64,000 nucleotides of DNA from Eubacteriales bacterium (GCA_045603745.1 JAZUMQ010000049.1:518-64517); one strand, 5' to 3'; positions 8,847 through 20,132 are shown, numbered from the stretch's first letter. Program-made: numbers and translations. Notes: a model not told the origin generated them from the sequence alone.

Positions 8847-9431
8847 ATGTTTCATTTCTTTGCTTTTATCGACCGTATGCGTTTTATCCGCCGTTGGGGA
8901 CTGATGCGCAGTACGATCCCCGAAAATCTTACGGAACACGCCCATCAGACGGCAATGATTGCCCATGCGTTGGTTTTGATTGAAAACCGGCGGTTTGGCG
9001 CAGATCTGAATCCCGACCGCGCGGCGGTGTTGGCCCTGTATCACGATGCATCGGAGACTATTACGGGGGATCTTCCCACACCGGTCAAATACTACAACCG
9101 GGAAATTTTGGGCAGTTACCGGGCGGTGGAAGATTTTGCAAAGGACACGCTTTTGGAAAAATTGCCCAAATATTTACAAGAAGATTATTCCGAAATTCTG
9201 AACGGAGAATTGGAACCGGAATGGGTCTACGTCAAGGCGGCAGATACTCTTTCTGCCTATATCAAATGTATTGCGGAACGGCAGGCCGGAAATCGGGAAT
9301 TCATTTCGGCGGAACAGACGCTGCGAGAAAAACTGCAGTCCATTGACCTGCAAAGTCTTCGGGTATTTGAAGAGGAATTTTTGGGAAGTTTCGGAAAGAC
9401 CCTGGACGAAATGACGGAGGAAAATCTATGA
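8847..9431 (+). CDS. HD-domain 5-prime-deoxynucleotidase (YfbR-like)
   Basis: 194 aa. RWGLMR...ENLTEHAHQTAMIAH...LYHDASETITGDLPTPVKY is the YfbR-type HD signature. Confidence 0.8.
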   Translation: MFHFFAFIDRMRFIRRWGLMRSTIPENLTEHAHQTAMIAHALVLIENRRFGADLNPDRAAVLALYHDASETITGDLPTPVKYYNREILGSYRAVEDFAKDTLLEKLPKYLQEDYSEILNGELEPEWVYVKAADTLSAYIKCIAERQAGNREFISAEQTLREKLQSIDLQSLRVFEEEFLGSFGKTLDEMTEENL

Positions 9432-12079
9432 GATCACCCCTGGAAAAACGGAAAGAAACACCCCTTTGGTTGTTTCTTGCTTTTCTGATTCCCATGGTGG
9501 GTATGTGGGTTGGCTTTGCCGCCTGCGGTGTACACCCCTTTGGGGATATGCAGATGCTTTATTCCGATCTGAGGGAACAGTACTATCCTTTTTTGCAGGA
9601 ATTCCAGGCGCGGTTGCAGAACGGAGAATCCATTCTGTGGAGTTGGAACGGCGGCATGGGGACGGATTACGGCTCGTTAATCGCCTATTATATCGCCTCT
9701 CCCATGAACCTGATCACAGTTTTCTTTCCTGCTGCAATGTTACGAGACGTAATGGCAGTCATGCTGACGGTAAAAATCGGTTGTGCGGGCTGGTTTTTTG
9801 CGTTGATGCTCAAAAAAATCTTTCACAAAAATAATTTTTCCATCACCTTTTTTGGGTGGTTATTTGCCTTTTGCAGTTTTATCATGGGCTATTACTGGGA
9901 CACCATCTGGATGGACACGGTGGCAGTTCTGCCTTTGGTCTTTTTAGGGCTTTATCAGTTGGTAACGGAGGGAAAATTCCGTCTGTACGTCCTTTCTCTT
10001 TTTTGGGCGGTGCTTTCCAACTATTATTTAGGCGCATTCGTTTGTTATTTCTGCGTTATTGCTTTTTTTGCCATCGCCGCAATTCGGCAGATCTACGGAA
10101 AACCCTTTTTGGGGCGGTTGTTGCAATTTGCCGGATGTTCCCTGTTGGGGGGCGGATTGACGGCATTTTTGCTGTTGCACGCGGGATATGCGTTATCTTA
10201 CACCGATTCCGCTGCCACGGGTGCCTTCAGTAAGATCGAATTCTACGATTCTTATCTGGAAGTCATCGGCAATATGCTTGCCTTCAATAAACCCACCGCC
10301 ATGGAAGGGTTGCCAAATCTTTATTGCGGAATTCTGCCATTGCTCTTGTCGGTGGTGTTTTTGCGATCAAAAAAGATCCGGTTAGAGGACAAGCTGATTA
10401 ACGTCTTCTTTTTGGCATTTTTTATTTTCAGTACCAATTGCAACGCCTTGGACTTTATCCTGCATGGATTCCGTTTTCCAAATATGTTACCTGCCCGATA
10501 CAGTTTTTTGGTCTGCTTTGTGATGCTGATCATCGGATACCGAGGATTTTTACTTCTCAAAAAATTATCATTGAACGATATTTTTGGCATGGCGGCGTTG
10601 TCGGTAGTAATGATCGGTCTTTCCTGCTTCTCTTTGGGAACTGAAAAGTTGCTTGGCAACATTGTTCTGGTAGCATCGTATCTCTTGTTCTTCTTCCTGT
10701 ACGAACGAAAATATTTGAAAAAAGTGGCGTTTTCCGTATTTCTTTGCCTTTTGATCACGGCGGAAATGGTGTCGAGCCTCGTATTGAGCATGGACACCGT
10801 GGGGAAAACCAAATATTCCTCTTACCCCTATCGGCACGAAGTAATTACCGACACGTTTGAACGACTCGAATCCATGGACGATTCGTTCTGGCGTGGGGAA
10901 ATGACCTGTCGGTATTATCTGAACGACGGCGTAATGTATCGGTACCGTGGAGTGGGACAGTTTTCCTCCACCGCCAACCGAAAGGTGCGGGATCTGTTGT
11001 CCAATATGGCCTTTACCACCGGTGCAAACAGTTATTATTACAACTTTTCCTCTCCGGTCAACAATTCTCTTTTGGGATTAAAATACTTGGTTTCCCGAAG
11101 CGGAGAATTGATGGACGGAACCAAGACGGAAAAGGTCTTTTCGGAAAACGAATTGGACGTATATCGCAACACCGCCTTTTTGGGTGCAGGATTCATGACC
11201 GAGCCGGAATTGCTGAATATGGAATTTACCAACAGTCCGTTCCAGGTTCAGAACCGTTTGTTCCAGCATTTGACCGGCTCGCAAGACAGTATCTTTTTCA
11301 GCCGGCAGGAAGATTCCTACGAAAGCTTTAATTTTGAATCCATTGAAAAAACCGGTTCCGGAACTTACCAATACACCTCAAACGATAACGACGGAACGTT
11401 GGACATTACGTTTACCGCCGCATCTACGGGAACTTATTATGCCTATATGCGGATCGGAGGCGGGGGCGACATCACCGTCACTACGGAATCGGGCAAGACC
11501 TATTCTCACCCGGTGGCGTCTCTTCGGTATATTGCGCCGATCTGTGAAGTAGAAGCCGGAGAAACCTTTACCGTCTCCATCGAACCGGATCGCAACAAAG
11601 AAAACAAGATTATCAGTTTTTATTGTTATTATTTTAATGAAGAAAACTTTGATGCAGGTTGGAAAAATCTGACCGATGAAGTATGGGACGTGTCCGACTA
11701 TTCCGACACCCATCTGAAGGGGGATATTACCGTCCAAGAAGACGGTTTATTCTGCACGGTCGTACCTTACACCGACGGCTGGAAACTGTATGTGGACGGA
11801 GTGGAAACAGAAAAAATGGCGGTGCTGGACGGTGCGTATATCGGTGCCAATCTGACGGAGGGAACTCACACGGTGGAACTGCGGTACGAACCGGAATGGT
11901 TCTGGCCGGGAATCGGCATTTCCGCAGTATGTCTGATTATTTTCGTGGTCCTTGCCATCGTCTTTCCCAAAGGATTTAAAACCTTCCAAGAAACCGTAAC
12001 GATAAAACCTGCAAAAACTGAAGAAGGGGAAGAAAAAGCCCCGGAATTGCCAAAAAAGGAGACCGAAACCGATGAGTAA
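9428..12079 (+). CDS. YfhO-family polytopic membrane protein (putative glycosyltransferase)
   Basis: 883 aa. The N-terminus (FGDMQMLYSDLREQYYPFLQEF..LWSWNGGMGTDYGS) is characteristic of YfhO. It has many TM segments, and its ATGA start overlaps the upstream stop. Confidence 0.8.
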   Translation: MRSPLEKRKETPLWLFLAFLIPMVGMWVGFAACGVHPFGDMQMLYSDLREQYYPFLQEFQARLQNGESILWSWNGGMGTDYGSLIAYYIASPMNLITVFFPAAMLRDVMAVMLTVKIGCAGWFFALMLKKIFHKNNFSITFFGWLFAFCSFIMGYYWDTIWMDTVAVLPLVFLGLYQLVTEGKFRLYVLSLFWAVLSNYYLGAFVCYFCVIAFFAIAAIRQIYGKPFLGRLLQFAGCSLLGGGLTAFLLLHAGYALSYTDSAATGAFSKIEFYDSYLEVIGNMLAFNKPTAMEGLPNLYCGILPLLLSVVFLRSKKIRLEDKLINVFFLAFFIFSTNCNALDFILHGFRFPNMLPARYSFLVCFVMLIIGYRGFLLLKKLSLNDIFGMAALSVVMIGLSCFSLGTEKLLGNIVLVASYLLFFFLYERKYLKKVAFSVFLCLLITAEMVSSLVLSMDTVGKTKYSSYPYRHEVITDTFERLESMDDSFWRGEMTCRYYLNDGVMYRYRGVGQFSSTANRKVRDLLSNMAFTTGANSYYYNFSSPVNNSLLGLKYLVSRSGELMDGTKTEKVFSENELDVYRNTAFLGAGFMTEPELLNMEFTNSPFQVQNRLFQHLTGSQDSIFFSRQEDSYESFNFESIEKTGSGTYQYTSNDNDGTLDITFTAASTGTYYAYMRIGGGGDITVTTESGKTYSHPVASLRYIAPICEVEAGETFTVSIEPDRNKENKIISFYCYYFNEENFDAGWKNLTDEVWDVSDYSDTHLKGDITVQEDGLFCTVVPYTDGWKLYVDGVETEKMAVLDGAYIGANLTEGTHTVELRYEPEWFWPGIGISAVCLIIFVVLAIVFPKGFKTFQETVTIKPAKTEEGEEKAPELPKKETETDE

Positions 12080-13439
12080 TTATCGCATCGAGCACGACAC
12101 CATGGGAGAGGTTAAAGTGCCCTCGGATAAACTTTGGGGGGCGCAAACCCAACGAAGCCTTGAAAACTTTCCCATCGGCAAAGAAAAAATGCCTTTGGAT
12201 ATAATTCGTGCCTTCGGTATTCTGAAACTTGCGGCGGCAAATGCCAATTTTCGATTAGGGAAATTGAGCGGAGAAAAACGAAATCTGATAGAAGAAGCCT
12301 GTCAACAGATCATTGGGGGAAATCTGGACGAAGAATTCCCTCTGTCCGTATGGCAGACCGGAAGCGGAACCCAGAGCAATATGAATGCAAACGAAGTCAT
12401 TGCAGGATTTTGCAACCGCACTGCCGGAACATTTTCGATCCACCCCAATGACGATGCAAACATGTCCCAATCTTCCAACGACACCTTCCCCACCGCTATG
12501 CACATTGCGGCAGTATTGGGAATTGAAAATGCCCTTCTCCCCTCTTTAGAAAAGCTGATCATCACGCTGAAAGAAAAAGAAGCGGAACACGAGGGAATTC
12601 TAAAAAGCGGGCGAACCCATCTGATGGACGCCACACCCATTGCCTTTTCGCAGGAAATTTCCGGCTGGAGAAGTATGCTTGAGCATGATGCGGAGATGAT
12701 CCGCACCTCTATTAAACCCTTGCGGGAACTGGCATTGGGCGGAACTGCGGTAGGAACCGGGATCAACGCCCCGAAAGAATTCGGGAAATTTGCGGCGGAA
12801 GAAATTACGAAACTGACCGGAACCGAATTTATCACGGCGGAAAATAAATTTCACAGTCTGACGTCGAAAGACGCTTTGGTCTTTTCCCACGGTGCGTTCA
12901 AAGCGCTTGCCGCCGATTTAATGAAGATTGCAAACGATATTCGCTGGTTGGCATCGGGGCCCCGATGCGGACTTGGAGAAATCAAAATCCCCGAAAACGA
13001 ACCCGGATCCTCCATTATGCCCGGAAAAGTAAATCCCACCCAATGCGAAGCGATGACCATGGTAGCGGTGCAGGTAATGGCAAACGACGTTGCCGTGGGC
13101 ATGGCAGCAAGCCAAGGAAACTTTCAGTTGAACGTATTTATGCCGGTATTGATCCATAATTATTTACAATCCCTGACCTTGTTGGCTGAGGGAATGGAAT
13201 CATTTCGACTGCGGTGTATCTGCGGGATCAAAGCAAAGTTGGAAGCAATGCAAGAAAACCTTGACCGTTCCCTGATGCTTGCAACGGCGTTAAATCCCCA
13301 TATTGGCTATGAAAATGCCGCAAAAGTAGTAAAAAAAGCTTATAGCGAAAATATCACCCTGAAAGAGGCGGCGGCACAGCTGGGATTGATGGACGAAAAA
13401 ACGTTTGAACAGCAGATTCGTCCGGAAGATATGGTATAA
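12072..13439 (+). CDS. fumC: class II fumarate hydratase
   Basis: 455 aa. The fumarate lyase signature GSSIMPGKVNPTQCEA (the FumC rather than the AspA variant) is present. Confidence 0.88.
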   Translation: MSNYRIEHDTMGEVKVPSDKLWGAQTQRSLENFPIGKEKMPLDIIRAFGILKLAAANANFRLGKLSGEKRNLIEEACQQIIGGNLDEEFPLSVWQTGSGTQSNMNANEVIAGFCNRTAGTFSIHPNDDANMSQSSNDTFPTAMHIAAVLGIENALLPSLEKLIITLKEKEAEHEGILKSGRTHLMDATPIAFSQEISGWRSMLEHDAEMIRTSIKPLRELALGGTAVGTGINAPKEFGKFAAEEITKLTGTEFITAENKFHSLTSKDALVFSHGAFKALAADLMKIANDIRWLASGPRCGLGEIKIPENEPGSSIMPGKVNPTQCEAMTMVAVQVMANDVAVGMAASQGNFQLNVFMPVLIHNYLQSLTLLAEGMESFRLRCICGIKAKLEAMQENLDRSLMLATALNPHIGYENAAKVVKKAYSENITLKEAAAQLGLMDEKTFEQQIRPEDMV

Positions 13440-13446
13440 CGAAAGA

Positions 13447-13483
13447 GAGTAATCTATTTACGGATAGATTACTCTTTTTTTGT
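13447..13483 (+). terminator. rho-independent terminator after fumC
   Basis: AGAGTAATCTAT-ttacgg-ATAGATTACTCT followed by TTTTTTT. Confidence 0.85.
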
Positions 13484-13605
13484 CGCAATTCTGTAACAGT
13501 TGAGTGATATACTGTAATTGAATATATCATCTTAATAAAATCTTAAAGATTTTGCTACTTTCTTTTTAAAGAGATTTTTGTTATACTGTCTTTGGAGGAA
13601 ACGAT

Positions 13606-14298
13606 ATGAGCCGAATTTTAATTTGTGATGATGAAAAAGATATCGTATCTGCTCTGAAGATTTATCTGACGGCAGAGGGGTTTGAAACGGTAGAAGCTTA
13701 TTCCGGAAACGAAGCCTTAGAAAAAATAAACCAAACCAAAGTGGATTTGGTGCTGATGGACGTGATGATGCCGGGGTTGAACGGACTTTCCGCTACGGTA
13801 AAATTACGGGAAACGTCCAACGTGCCGGTCATATTGTTGACGGCGAAAAGCGAAGATACGGACAAGGTATTGGGATTGAACTTGGGGGCAGACGATTATA
13901 TTACAAAGCCCTTTAATCCCGTAGAACTGATTGCTCGGGTTCGCTCTCACCTGCGACGGTATACCGTGTTGGGAAGTACAATAGAACAGAAAGACGCCTA
14001 TATTTGCGGCGGCATCGAACTGAACGACCGGACAAAAGAAGTTTCGGTTGACGGGAAAGAGGTTTCTCTTACCCCCACCGAATACGATATTTTAAAGTTG
14101 TTTTTGCAAAATCCGGGAAAGGTCATGTCCCCGAAAGAAATTTACCGGCAGGTGTGGAACAACGATCCCTTTGGGGCGGAATCCACCGTTGCGGTACATA
14201 TTCGCCATCTTCGGGAGAAGATCGAAATTAACCCTGCGGAACCCCGCTATCTGAAAGTAGTATGGGCACAGGGGTACAAATTGGAACGGGGGAAATAA
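13606..14298 (+). CDS. OmpR/PhoB-family response regulator
   Basis: 230 aa. Receiver domain (ILICDDE...DLVLMDVMMPG...LTAK) plus a winged-helix C-terminus (LTPTEYDILKLF...). Confidence 0.9.
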   Translation: MSRILICDDEKDIVSALKIYLTAEGFETVEAYSGNEALEKINQTKVDLVLMDVMMPGLNGLSATVKLRETSNVPVILLTAKSEDTDKVLGLNLGADDYITKPFNPVELIARVRSHLRRYTVLGSTIEQKDAYICGGIELNDRTKEVSVDGKEVSLTPTEYDILKLFLQNPGKVMSPKEIYRQVWNNDPFGAESTVAVHIRHLREKIEINPAEPRYLKVVWAQGYKLERGK

Positions 14299-14299
14299 T

Positions 14300-16249
14300 A
14301 TGAAAACCTTTGCCAGGTCGATTCCCTTCAAGGCTCTGATTTTTCTTTTGACGGCGGTATTTTTGCTGATTTCCGTCGTCGGAGGCATTTTCACGGTGGT
14401 GCTGGAAATATATGAATTTTATGATTATTCTAAAGTCGAATTAAAGGAAGAATTACTGTCCCGAAAAATTTCAGAAGAATGCTTTACGGCATTTCGCGGT
14501 GCTTATTATCATCATGCAGTAGCCATTGACCCGAATTTTCGCTATACCGTATGGGACAGAGAGGGAAACTGGGTTGCAAAAACCGAAGAAGACCGAATCG
14601 AATACACCCGTACCTATTACTATTACGAATGGTCTGAATCCGGATATAACAGTCTGGGAGAATATTATTCTTATTACGATTCCACGTTTACGGAAGACGC
14701 AAATTACAATAGAAAAGAGCCTCTTTATACTGTCACGGGTGGATACGTTTCCGAAAACCGCGTGGCGTCCGGAGACCTATATTGGCTGGAACTTGGAATT
14801 GACATCTTATACGGATTTCGCTGGATTTTACCGATAACGACGGTTGGAGCATTGACGTTGACCGTTGCAGGAATGATTTTTCTCTGTTGCGTTGCAGGGA
14901 GAAAGCCCCATCAGGAAGAACCGGTTCTTACGGGATTGAACAAACTGCCCTTTGATTTACTCCTTGCTTTGGTGGGCGCGTCCGGATTCGGTATCGTTTT
15001 GTTGGGCTGGATCATTCTGGAAAGCAACCGAATCTCCCTCTATCTTTTCTGTCTGCCCCTTCTTGGCTTAATTATCTGTGCATTGATCCTGCTTTTGATC
15101 ACGTCCTTTTCCGCCAAAATCAAGGTGGGCGGAATTTTGAAAACGACCGTAATCGGGTATCTTTTTCTCCTTTTGCTTCGAGGATTAAAGTGGGGGTGGA
15201 AATCTCTGAAAGGGCTGATCCGTAAAATTCCTACCGTACCGACGGTGGCGTCTGTTGCCGGATTTATTGCCGTCTGCAACATTCTTTTGGGGATTCTGAC
15301 ACAAGAGGCTTTGGCGTTTTTGTTACTGACGACGGAATCGGTTTTGGGATTTTTCCTTGCCGTAGCGGTGGCTTTGGGTTTCTCCTCGGTAGAAAGACAC
15401 GGAAAAGCCATTGCCGAAGGAGATTTGAGCCATAAAATGGACACCAAATTTTTGGCAGGTCCGTTAAAAAATCACGCGGAAAATCTGAATCGCATTGAAG
15501 ACGGATTGAACGCCGCCGTCAACGATCGGATCAAAAGCGAACGCATGAAGACCGAATTGATCACAAACGTATCTCACGATATTAAAACGCCTCTGACGTC
15601 CATAATCAATTACGTGGATCTTCTGTCCAAAGAAACGGAAATGAACGATACTACCACCGAATATCTTCGGGTATTACAACGGCAATCGGCACGGCTGAAA
15701 AAGTTGACCGATGATATTGTGGAAGCCTCGAAAGCATCTTCCGGGGTGCTTGTGATTGACCCTGCGCCTTGTAATCTGGGGGTCTTGTTGGAACAGACCG
15801 CCGGAGAATACGAAGAAAAGATGCAGGAGTGCGGGCTTACGGTACTTCTTTCAAAACCGGAGCAGGAAGTAACGGTTTTGGCCGACGGAAAACGTCTTTG
15901 GAGAGTCTTTGAAAACCTGATGAACAACATCTGTAAATACGCGTTATCCGGAACGAGAGTTTATTTAACGGTCACCCAAAACGAAAAGGACGCCGTTATC
16001 ACCTTCCGGAACATCTCCAAAGATCCTTTGAATATTCCGGCGGAAGAATTAACCGAACGGTTCGTTCGAGGAGACGCTTCCCGCCACAGCGAAGGAAGTG
16101 GCTTGGGGCTTGCTATTGCTCGGAGTTTGGTGGAATTACAAGGAGGAACCTTTGAAATTTCCATTGATGCGGATTTATTCAAAGTAACGATTACGTTTCC
16201 CATTTTAAATAACGGTAAAGGAGAAGACGATCATGCTTCAGACCATTGA
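14300..16249 (+). CDS. sensor histidine kinase with Tyr-rich extracytoplasmic domain and multi-TM region
   Basis: 649 aa. H-box NVSHDIKTPLTSI, with N and G boxes (NLMNNICKYA, GSGLGLAIA). Confidence 0.88.
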   Translation: MKTFARSIPFKALIFLLTAVFLLISVVGGIFTVVLEIYEFYDYSKVELKEELLSRKISEECFTAFRGAYYHHAVAIDPNFRYTVWDREGNWVAKTEEDRIEYTRTYYYYEWSESGYNSLGEYYSYYDSTFTEDANYNRKEPLYTVTGGYVSENRVASGDLYWLELGIDILYGFRWILPITTVGALTLTVAGMIFLCCVAGRKPHQEEPVLTGLNKLPFDLLLALVGASGFGIVLLGWIILESNRISLYLFCLPLLGLIICALILLLITSFSAKIKVGGILKTTVIGYLFLLLLRGLKWGWKSLKGLIRKIPTVPTVASVAGFIAVCNILLGILTQEALAFLLLTTESVLGFFLAVAVALGFSSVERHGKAIAEGDLSHKMDTKFLAGPLKNHAENLNRIEDGLNAAVNDRIKSERMKTELITNVSHDIKTPLTSIINYVDLLSKETEMNDTTTEYLRVLQRQSARLKKLTDDIVEASKASSGVLVIDPAPCNLGVLLEQTAGEYEEKMQECGLTVLLSKPEQEVTVLADGKRLWRVFENLMNNICKYALSGTRVYLTVTQNEKDAVITFRNISKDPLNIPAEELTERFVRGDASRHSEGSGLGLAIARSLVELQGGTFEISIDADLFKVTITFPILNNGKGEDDHASDH

Positions 16250-18971
16250 TCTCGTAAAAATCTACAAACCGAAAAAAGGCGTGCCGGTTCGAGCGTTAGA
16301 CGGGGTTACGTTGACCTTTCCGGAAAAGGGTATGGTTTTCCTTTTAGGAAAATCAGGAAGCGGGAAATCCACCCTTTTAAACGTCCTGGGAGGGCTCGAC
16401 CGATACGATGAAGGTGAAATCCGAATCAAAGGGGTTTCGTCCAAAGATTTTAAACAAAGTCATTTCGATTCCTACCGCAATACCTACGTAGGATTTATTT
16501 TCCAGGAATACAATATTCTGGAACAATTTTCCGTGGGAGCAAATATAGCCCTGGCTTTGCAGTTGCAAGGAAAAAAGGCAGACGATGATACCATCAATGC
16601 CATTCTTAATCAAGTAGATCTGGACGGCTATGGAAACCGAAAGCCCAACGAACTGTCCGGCGGACAAAAACAGCGGGTTGCCATTGCCCGTGCGTTGGTA
16701 AAATCTCCGGAAATCATTATGGCAGACGAACCGACGGGGGCATTGGATTCGGTCACCGGGAAACAGGTTTTGGAAACGTTGAAAAAGTTATCCAAAGAAA
16801 AACTGGTGATCATCGTTTCTCACGACCGGGAATTTGCGGAAACCTACGCCGATCGGATCATTGAATTGGCAGACGGAAAGGTTATCGACGACGTGGAACG
16901 TTCGGGTGAACTCTTAGAAGAACCCGAAGAGCTGATCTACGAAGAAAACACCGTCACCGTTCCCGGAGGGTATCATCTGACCGAAGAAGACCGCATTGCC
17001 ATCAACGAATATCTGGATTCTCGCAAGGGTGAAGGACTGACCATTGTGGGCAGTCAAAAAAAGAAACGTTTTGGGTTTACCAAAACAAATCAAAACAATA
17101 TTAAACAAGCGGGTGGAACGTTCCGGCTGATCAAATCCCGTCTTCCCTTCCGTTTTGCCTTCCCCATGGGGGCAAGCGGGCTGAAACACAAGAAAATCCG
17201 CCTCGTATTCACCATTCTTCTTTCTTGTATCGCCTTTGGGCTGTTCGGATTGGCGGATACTTTTGCGTCCTACGACCATATCCGCACCAGCACCGATTCG
17301 ATCATTGATTCCAACATTCATTATGCTTCGGTGGAAAAAATGGTGGCGGTCAAGGATAACGATGGGAAGATTATCTACTACGAGGGAGTAAAACTGAGCC
17401 AAAAAGATTTGGACGAAATCAAAGAAGCCACCGGCGTTTCCTTAGAAGGAGTTTATCTACACAACTACGACTATCCTTCCTTCGAGAAAAACGTGGGCGA
17501 TGCGCCGAAGGAACCCTCTCTTTATGAGCCCGAAGCCGCAGGCTACGTGGAAATCACAGAAGAAACGCTTCAAAGCATGGGTAGTTCGGTCGTTGCCGGA
17601 AAGTTGCCCGACGGAAATAAGAATGAAATTGCAATTTCGGTCTTTTTCTACGGACTTTTTGCGGAACGTGGATATTATGAAAATACAAAAGACGAAAATG
17701 CAACCGTCATTCCAATTCAAAAATACGATGACATCATCGGAAAAACCGTCCTTTTAAACGAAAAAGAATACACCGTTACCGCCGTGGTAGATACCGGATT
17801 TAATCTGGAACGCTACAAGCCGCTGATCGAAGACCAGGTCGGGGCTACGGAAGCGGATATGCTGGTTCTTTACGCCCTACGGCAAGAATTTCAGTATGCA
17901 GTCAGAAACAGCCTTGCGGGAACGATTATGGTAGGTCCCGGCGCCGTAAAAACCATGGAAAAAGGCAATCCGGTCTATTACGGTTATAACGGTGGGGAAT
18001 CGTTCCCCTTTACGGTAAAAGACGGAACGGTAGATTTGTGGCTTCACACGTGGCAGTACGGCAAACTTTCGGAAAATACCCATTTGGATATTTTGTGGCT
18101 GGACGGACAGCCCCGCACCGTATTGGGAGAAAAAGAGATTGTACTTCCTGCGTCGATGTTTGAAAACTGTATTTATACCGAAGAACCGGAAAAATACCTT
18201 CCCTCTTATATTGAAAAGATGGAAATCCCCGATTATTCTCACATCGCGAATTTGAAGTTCAGCCAACGCTTTACGTCTTATGAAAACGGAGAATTTACCG
18301 AAACTTATGAAGACGGTTACCGTATCGTAGGCTTGATTCAAGGGATACCGAACGAAGAATTTCTTTTGATGAACGATGCCTTTGTGGAGAAAAACACCGT
18401 TAAAAACGACGGAATTTGGGATCACGCCATCGGAGGAATGCCGGAACGCCGCGGCGACGTAGAAAACCTGGTAACCTACTGTTTGAAAGGCTCGGACGAA
18501 ATTGTTTACGAATTGATCAATCCCGCCTGTTACGAACTGAACGTGGTCAATGAAATTTTGCAGGCGCTTTCCAAAGTATTCCTTTGGGTGGGCGTTGGGT
18601 TTGCGGTTTTTGCGGCGTTGCTCTTGTCCAACTTTATCGGAACGAGTATTTCTTACAAGAAGCAAGAAATCGGCATTTTGCGTGCCATCGGATCTCGCGG
18701 AAACGACGTATTCCGGATTTTCTTCTCGGAAAGTTTCTTGATTGCCGCCATCAATTTCGTCCTTTCTGCCATCGGAACGGGCGTGGTGACCGCCATCATC
18801 AACTGGGCAATCCGCCACGAAACCGGACTTCTCATTACACTGTTGCATTTCGGAATCCGGCAAGTAGTTCTACTTTTGTTCGTCAGCATTCTGATTGCCG
18901 CGGTAGCAAGTTTCATTCCGGTGAAGAAAATTGCATCAAAACGCCCCATCGATGCCATTCGAGACAGATAA
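16233..18971 (+). CDS. fused ABC transporter ATP-binding domain + MacB/FtsX-type permease
   Basis: 912 aa. Walker [10 protein letters not shown], signature [15 protein letters not shown] and Walker B IIMADEP are present. These are followed by TM1, a large extracytoplasmic domain and a C-terminal FtsX-like three-TM bundle. It overlaps the kinase stop by 17 nt. Confidence 0.85.
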   Translation: MLQTIDLVKIYKPKKGVPVRALDGVTLTFPEKGMVFLLGKSGSGKSTLLNVLGGLDRYDEGEIRIKGVSSKDFKQSHFDSYRNTYVGFIFQEYNILEQFSVGANIALALQLQGKKADDDTINAILNQVDLDGYGNRKPNELSGGQKQRVAIARALVKSPEIIMADEPTGALDSVTGKQVLETLKKLSKEKLVIIVSHDREFAETYADRIIELADGKVIDDVERSGELLEEPEELIYEENTVTVPGGYHLTEEDRIAINEYLDSRKGEGLTIVGSQKKKRFGFTKTNQNNIKQAGGTFRLIKSRLPFRFAFPMGASGLKHKKIRLVFTILLSCIAFGLFGLADTFASYDHIRTSTDSIIDSNIHYASVEKMVAVKDNDGKIIYYEGVKLSQKDLDEIKEATGVSLEGVYLHNYDYPSFEKNVGDAPKEPSLYEPEAAGYVEITEETLQSMGSSVVAGKLPDGNKNEIAISVFFYGLFAERGYYENTKDENATVIPIQKYDDIIGKTVLLNEKEYTVTAVVDTGFNLERYKPLIEDQVGATEADMLVLYALRQEFQYAVRNSLAGTIMVGPGAVKTMEKGNPVYYGYNGGESFPFTVKDGTVDLWLHTWQYGKLSENTHLDILWLDGQPRTVLGEKEIVLPASMFENCIYTEEPEKYLPSYIEKMEIPDYSHIANLKFSQRFTSYENGEFTETYEDGYRIVGLIQGIPNEEFLLMNDAFVEKNTVKNDGIWDHAIGGMPERRGDVENLVTYCLKGSDEIVYELINPACYELNVVNEILQALSKVFLWVGVGFAVFAALLLSNFIGTSISYKKQEIGILRAIGSRGNDVFRIFFSESFLIAAINFVLSAIGTGVVTAIINWAIRHETGLLITLLHFGIRQVVLLLFVSILIAAVASFIPVKKIASKRPIDAIRDR

Positions 18972-18995
18972 ACGACGTTAAAAGGAGACGGTTCC

Positions 18996-19718
18996 ATGAA
19001 AAACCGTGTCAAGGAAAAAATAAAACATCTGACACCGAAGCAAAAAAAGCTCTTCGGAGCAATCACCATTCTTGTCTTCCTTGCTTTCGTAGTATTGGTC
19101 ACCCTTTTCATCGGGCGACCGATGCTGCGCTTCGTCTCTGAGCCGGAATTATTCCGGAATTGGGTGGACGGGCACGGCATCTGGGGACGGTTATTATTCC
19201 TTGGAATGATGATATTTCAGGTGTTTTTCGCCATCATTCCCGGAGAACCGTTGGAGATCGGCGCGGGGTACGCTTTCGGCGCCATTGAAGGAACGTTGCT
19301 TTGCCTTATCGGGACAACGATCGGGGGTATTTTAGTTTTTCTTTTGGTGCGAAAAATCGGGGTTCGGCTGGTGGAAGTTTTCTTCCCCATCGAAAAGATC
19401 CGGTCATTATGGTTCTTACGGACGGCGAAGCGGAGAAATTGGTTGACCTTTTTTCTCTTTTTCATTCCCGGCACGCCGAAAGATTTGTTGTGCTATTTCG
19501 TCGGGTTGACCGATATGAAACTATCCACTTGGATTTGGATCACGTCCATCGCACGGATTCCGTCGGTGGTCACTTCCACCATCGGGGGCGACGCCTTGGG
19601 TGAAGAACAGTACGTCCTTGCCATTGTCGCTTTTGCCGTTACGGCAATCGTCAGCATTGTGGGAATTTTGATCTATCAGAAGATCATCAAACCCAGACGA
19701 AAGAAGAAAGGAAAATGA
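18996..19718 (+). CDS. TVP38/TMEM64 (DedA-superfamily) membrane protein
   Basis: 240 aa. FFAIIPGEPLEIGAGYAFG and FIPGTPKDLLCYFVGLT motifs. Confidence 0.75.
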   Translation: MKNRVKEKIKHLTPKQKKLFGAITILVFLAFVVLVTLFIGRPMLRFVSEPELFRNWVDGHGIWGRLLFLGMMIFQVFFAIIPGEPLEIGAGYAFGAIEGTLLCLIGTTIGGILVFLLVRKIGVRLVEVFFPIEKIRSLWFLRTAKRRNWLTFFLFFIPGTPKDLLCYFVGLTDMKLSTWIWITSIARIPSVVTSTIGGDALGEEQYVLAIVAFAVTAIVSIVGILIYQKIIKPRRKKKGK

Positions 19719-20014
19719 CAATGAAGAAAAAAGTGTTTACTATTATTCTTCTTTTCGCCCTATTTACTGTCACGATTCTTTGGGGATCGGGTGTCGTTCC
19801 AAAACAAATCGGAAAAATATACGGAATGAAAGAAGTTCAAAAACAGTTTCCTGAAAAAAATCTACAATTCAAGGAGATTGAATGGAGCAAATTTCACGGA
19901 GACTACGTCATCACTTTTACGGATTCTTATGAATCAAGTTACTCCTGTATCATTGGTCCCTGTTATTTTCCCTGCTCCTTGGGACAGGGTATCGTCGCTT
20001 GGGAAGAACATTGA
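19715..20014 (+). CDS. hypothetical membrane-anchored/secreted small protein
   Basis: 99 aa. N-terminal hydrophobic segment, and its ATGA start overlaps the upstream stop. No recognisable domain. Confidence 0.5.
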   Translation: MTMKKKVFTIILLFALFTVTILWGSGVVPKQIGKIYGMKEVQKQFPEKNLQFKEIEWSKFHGDYVITFTDSYESSYSCIIGPCYFPCSLGQGIVAWEEH

Positions 20015-20047
20015 ATATCCTTTGACCGATGCGGAAAATTCCGTATC
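20015..20047 (+). terminator. rho-independent terminator ending the TCS-ABC operon
   Basis: ACCGATGCGG-aaaatt-CCGTATCGGT followed by TTTCCTTT. Confidence 0.65.
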
Positions 20048-20132
20048 GGTTTTCCTTTGCTATTACGATGTCATAAATCTGTCCAAGGAGACATAAGATG
20101 GTACAAAACAATGAGCAGACGGAGGAAGACCT

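Noticed and set aside
20050-20132. Possible sigma-E type promoter (CATAAATC) upstream of spoIVA.
   Set aside because: The -10-like box has no acceptable -35 (ATATT-like) at 16-18 nt spacing, so the call cannot be supported from sequence alone.
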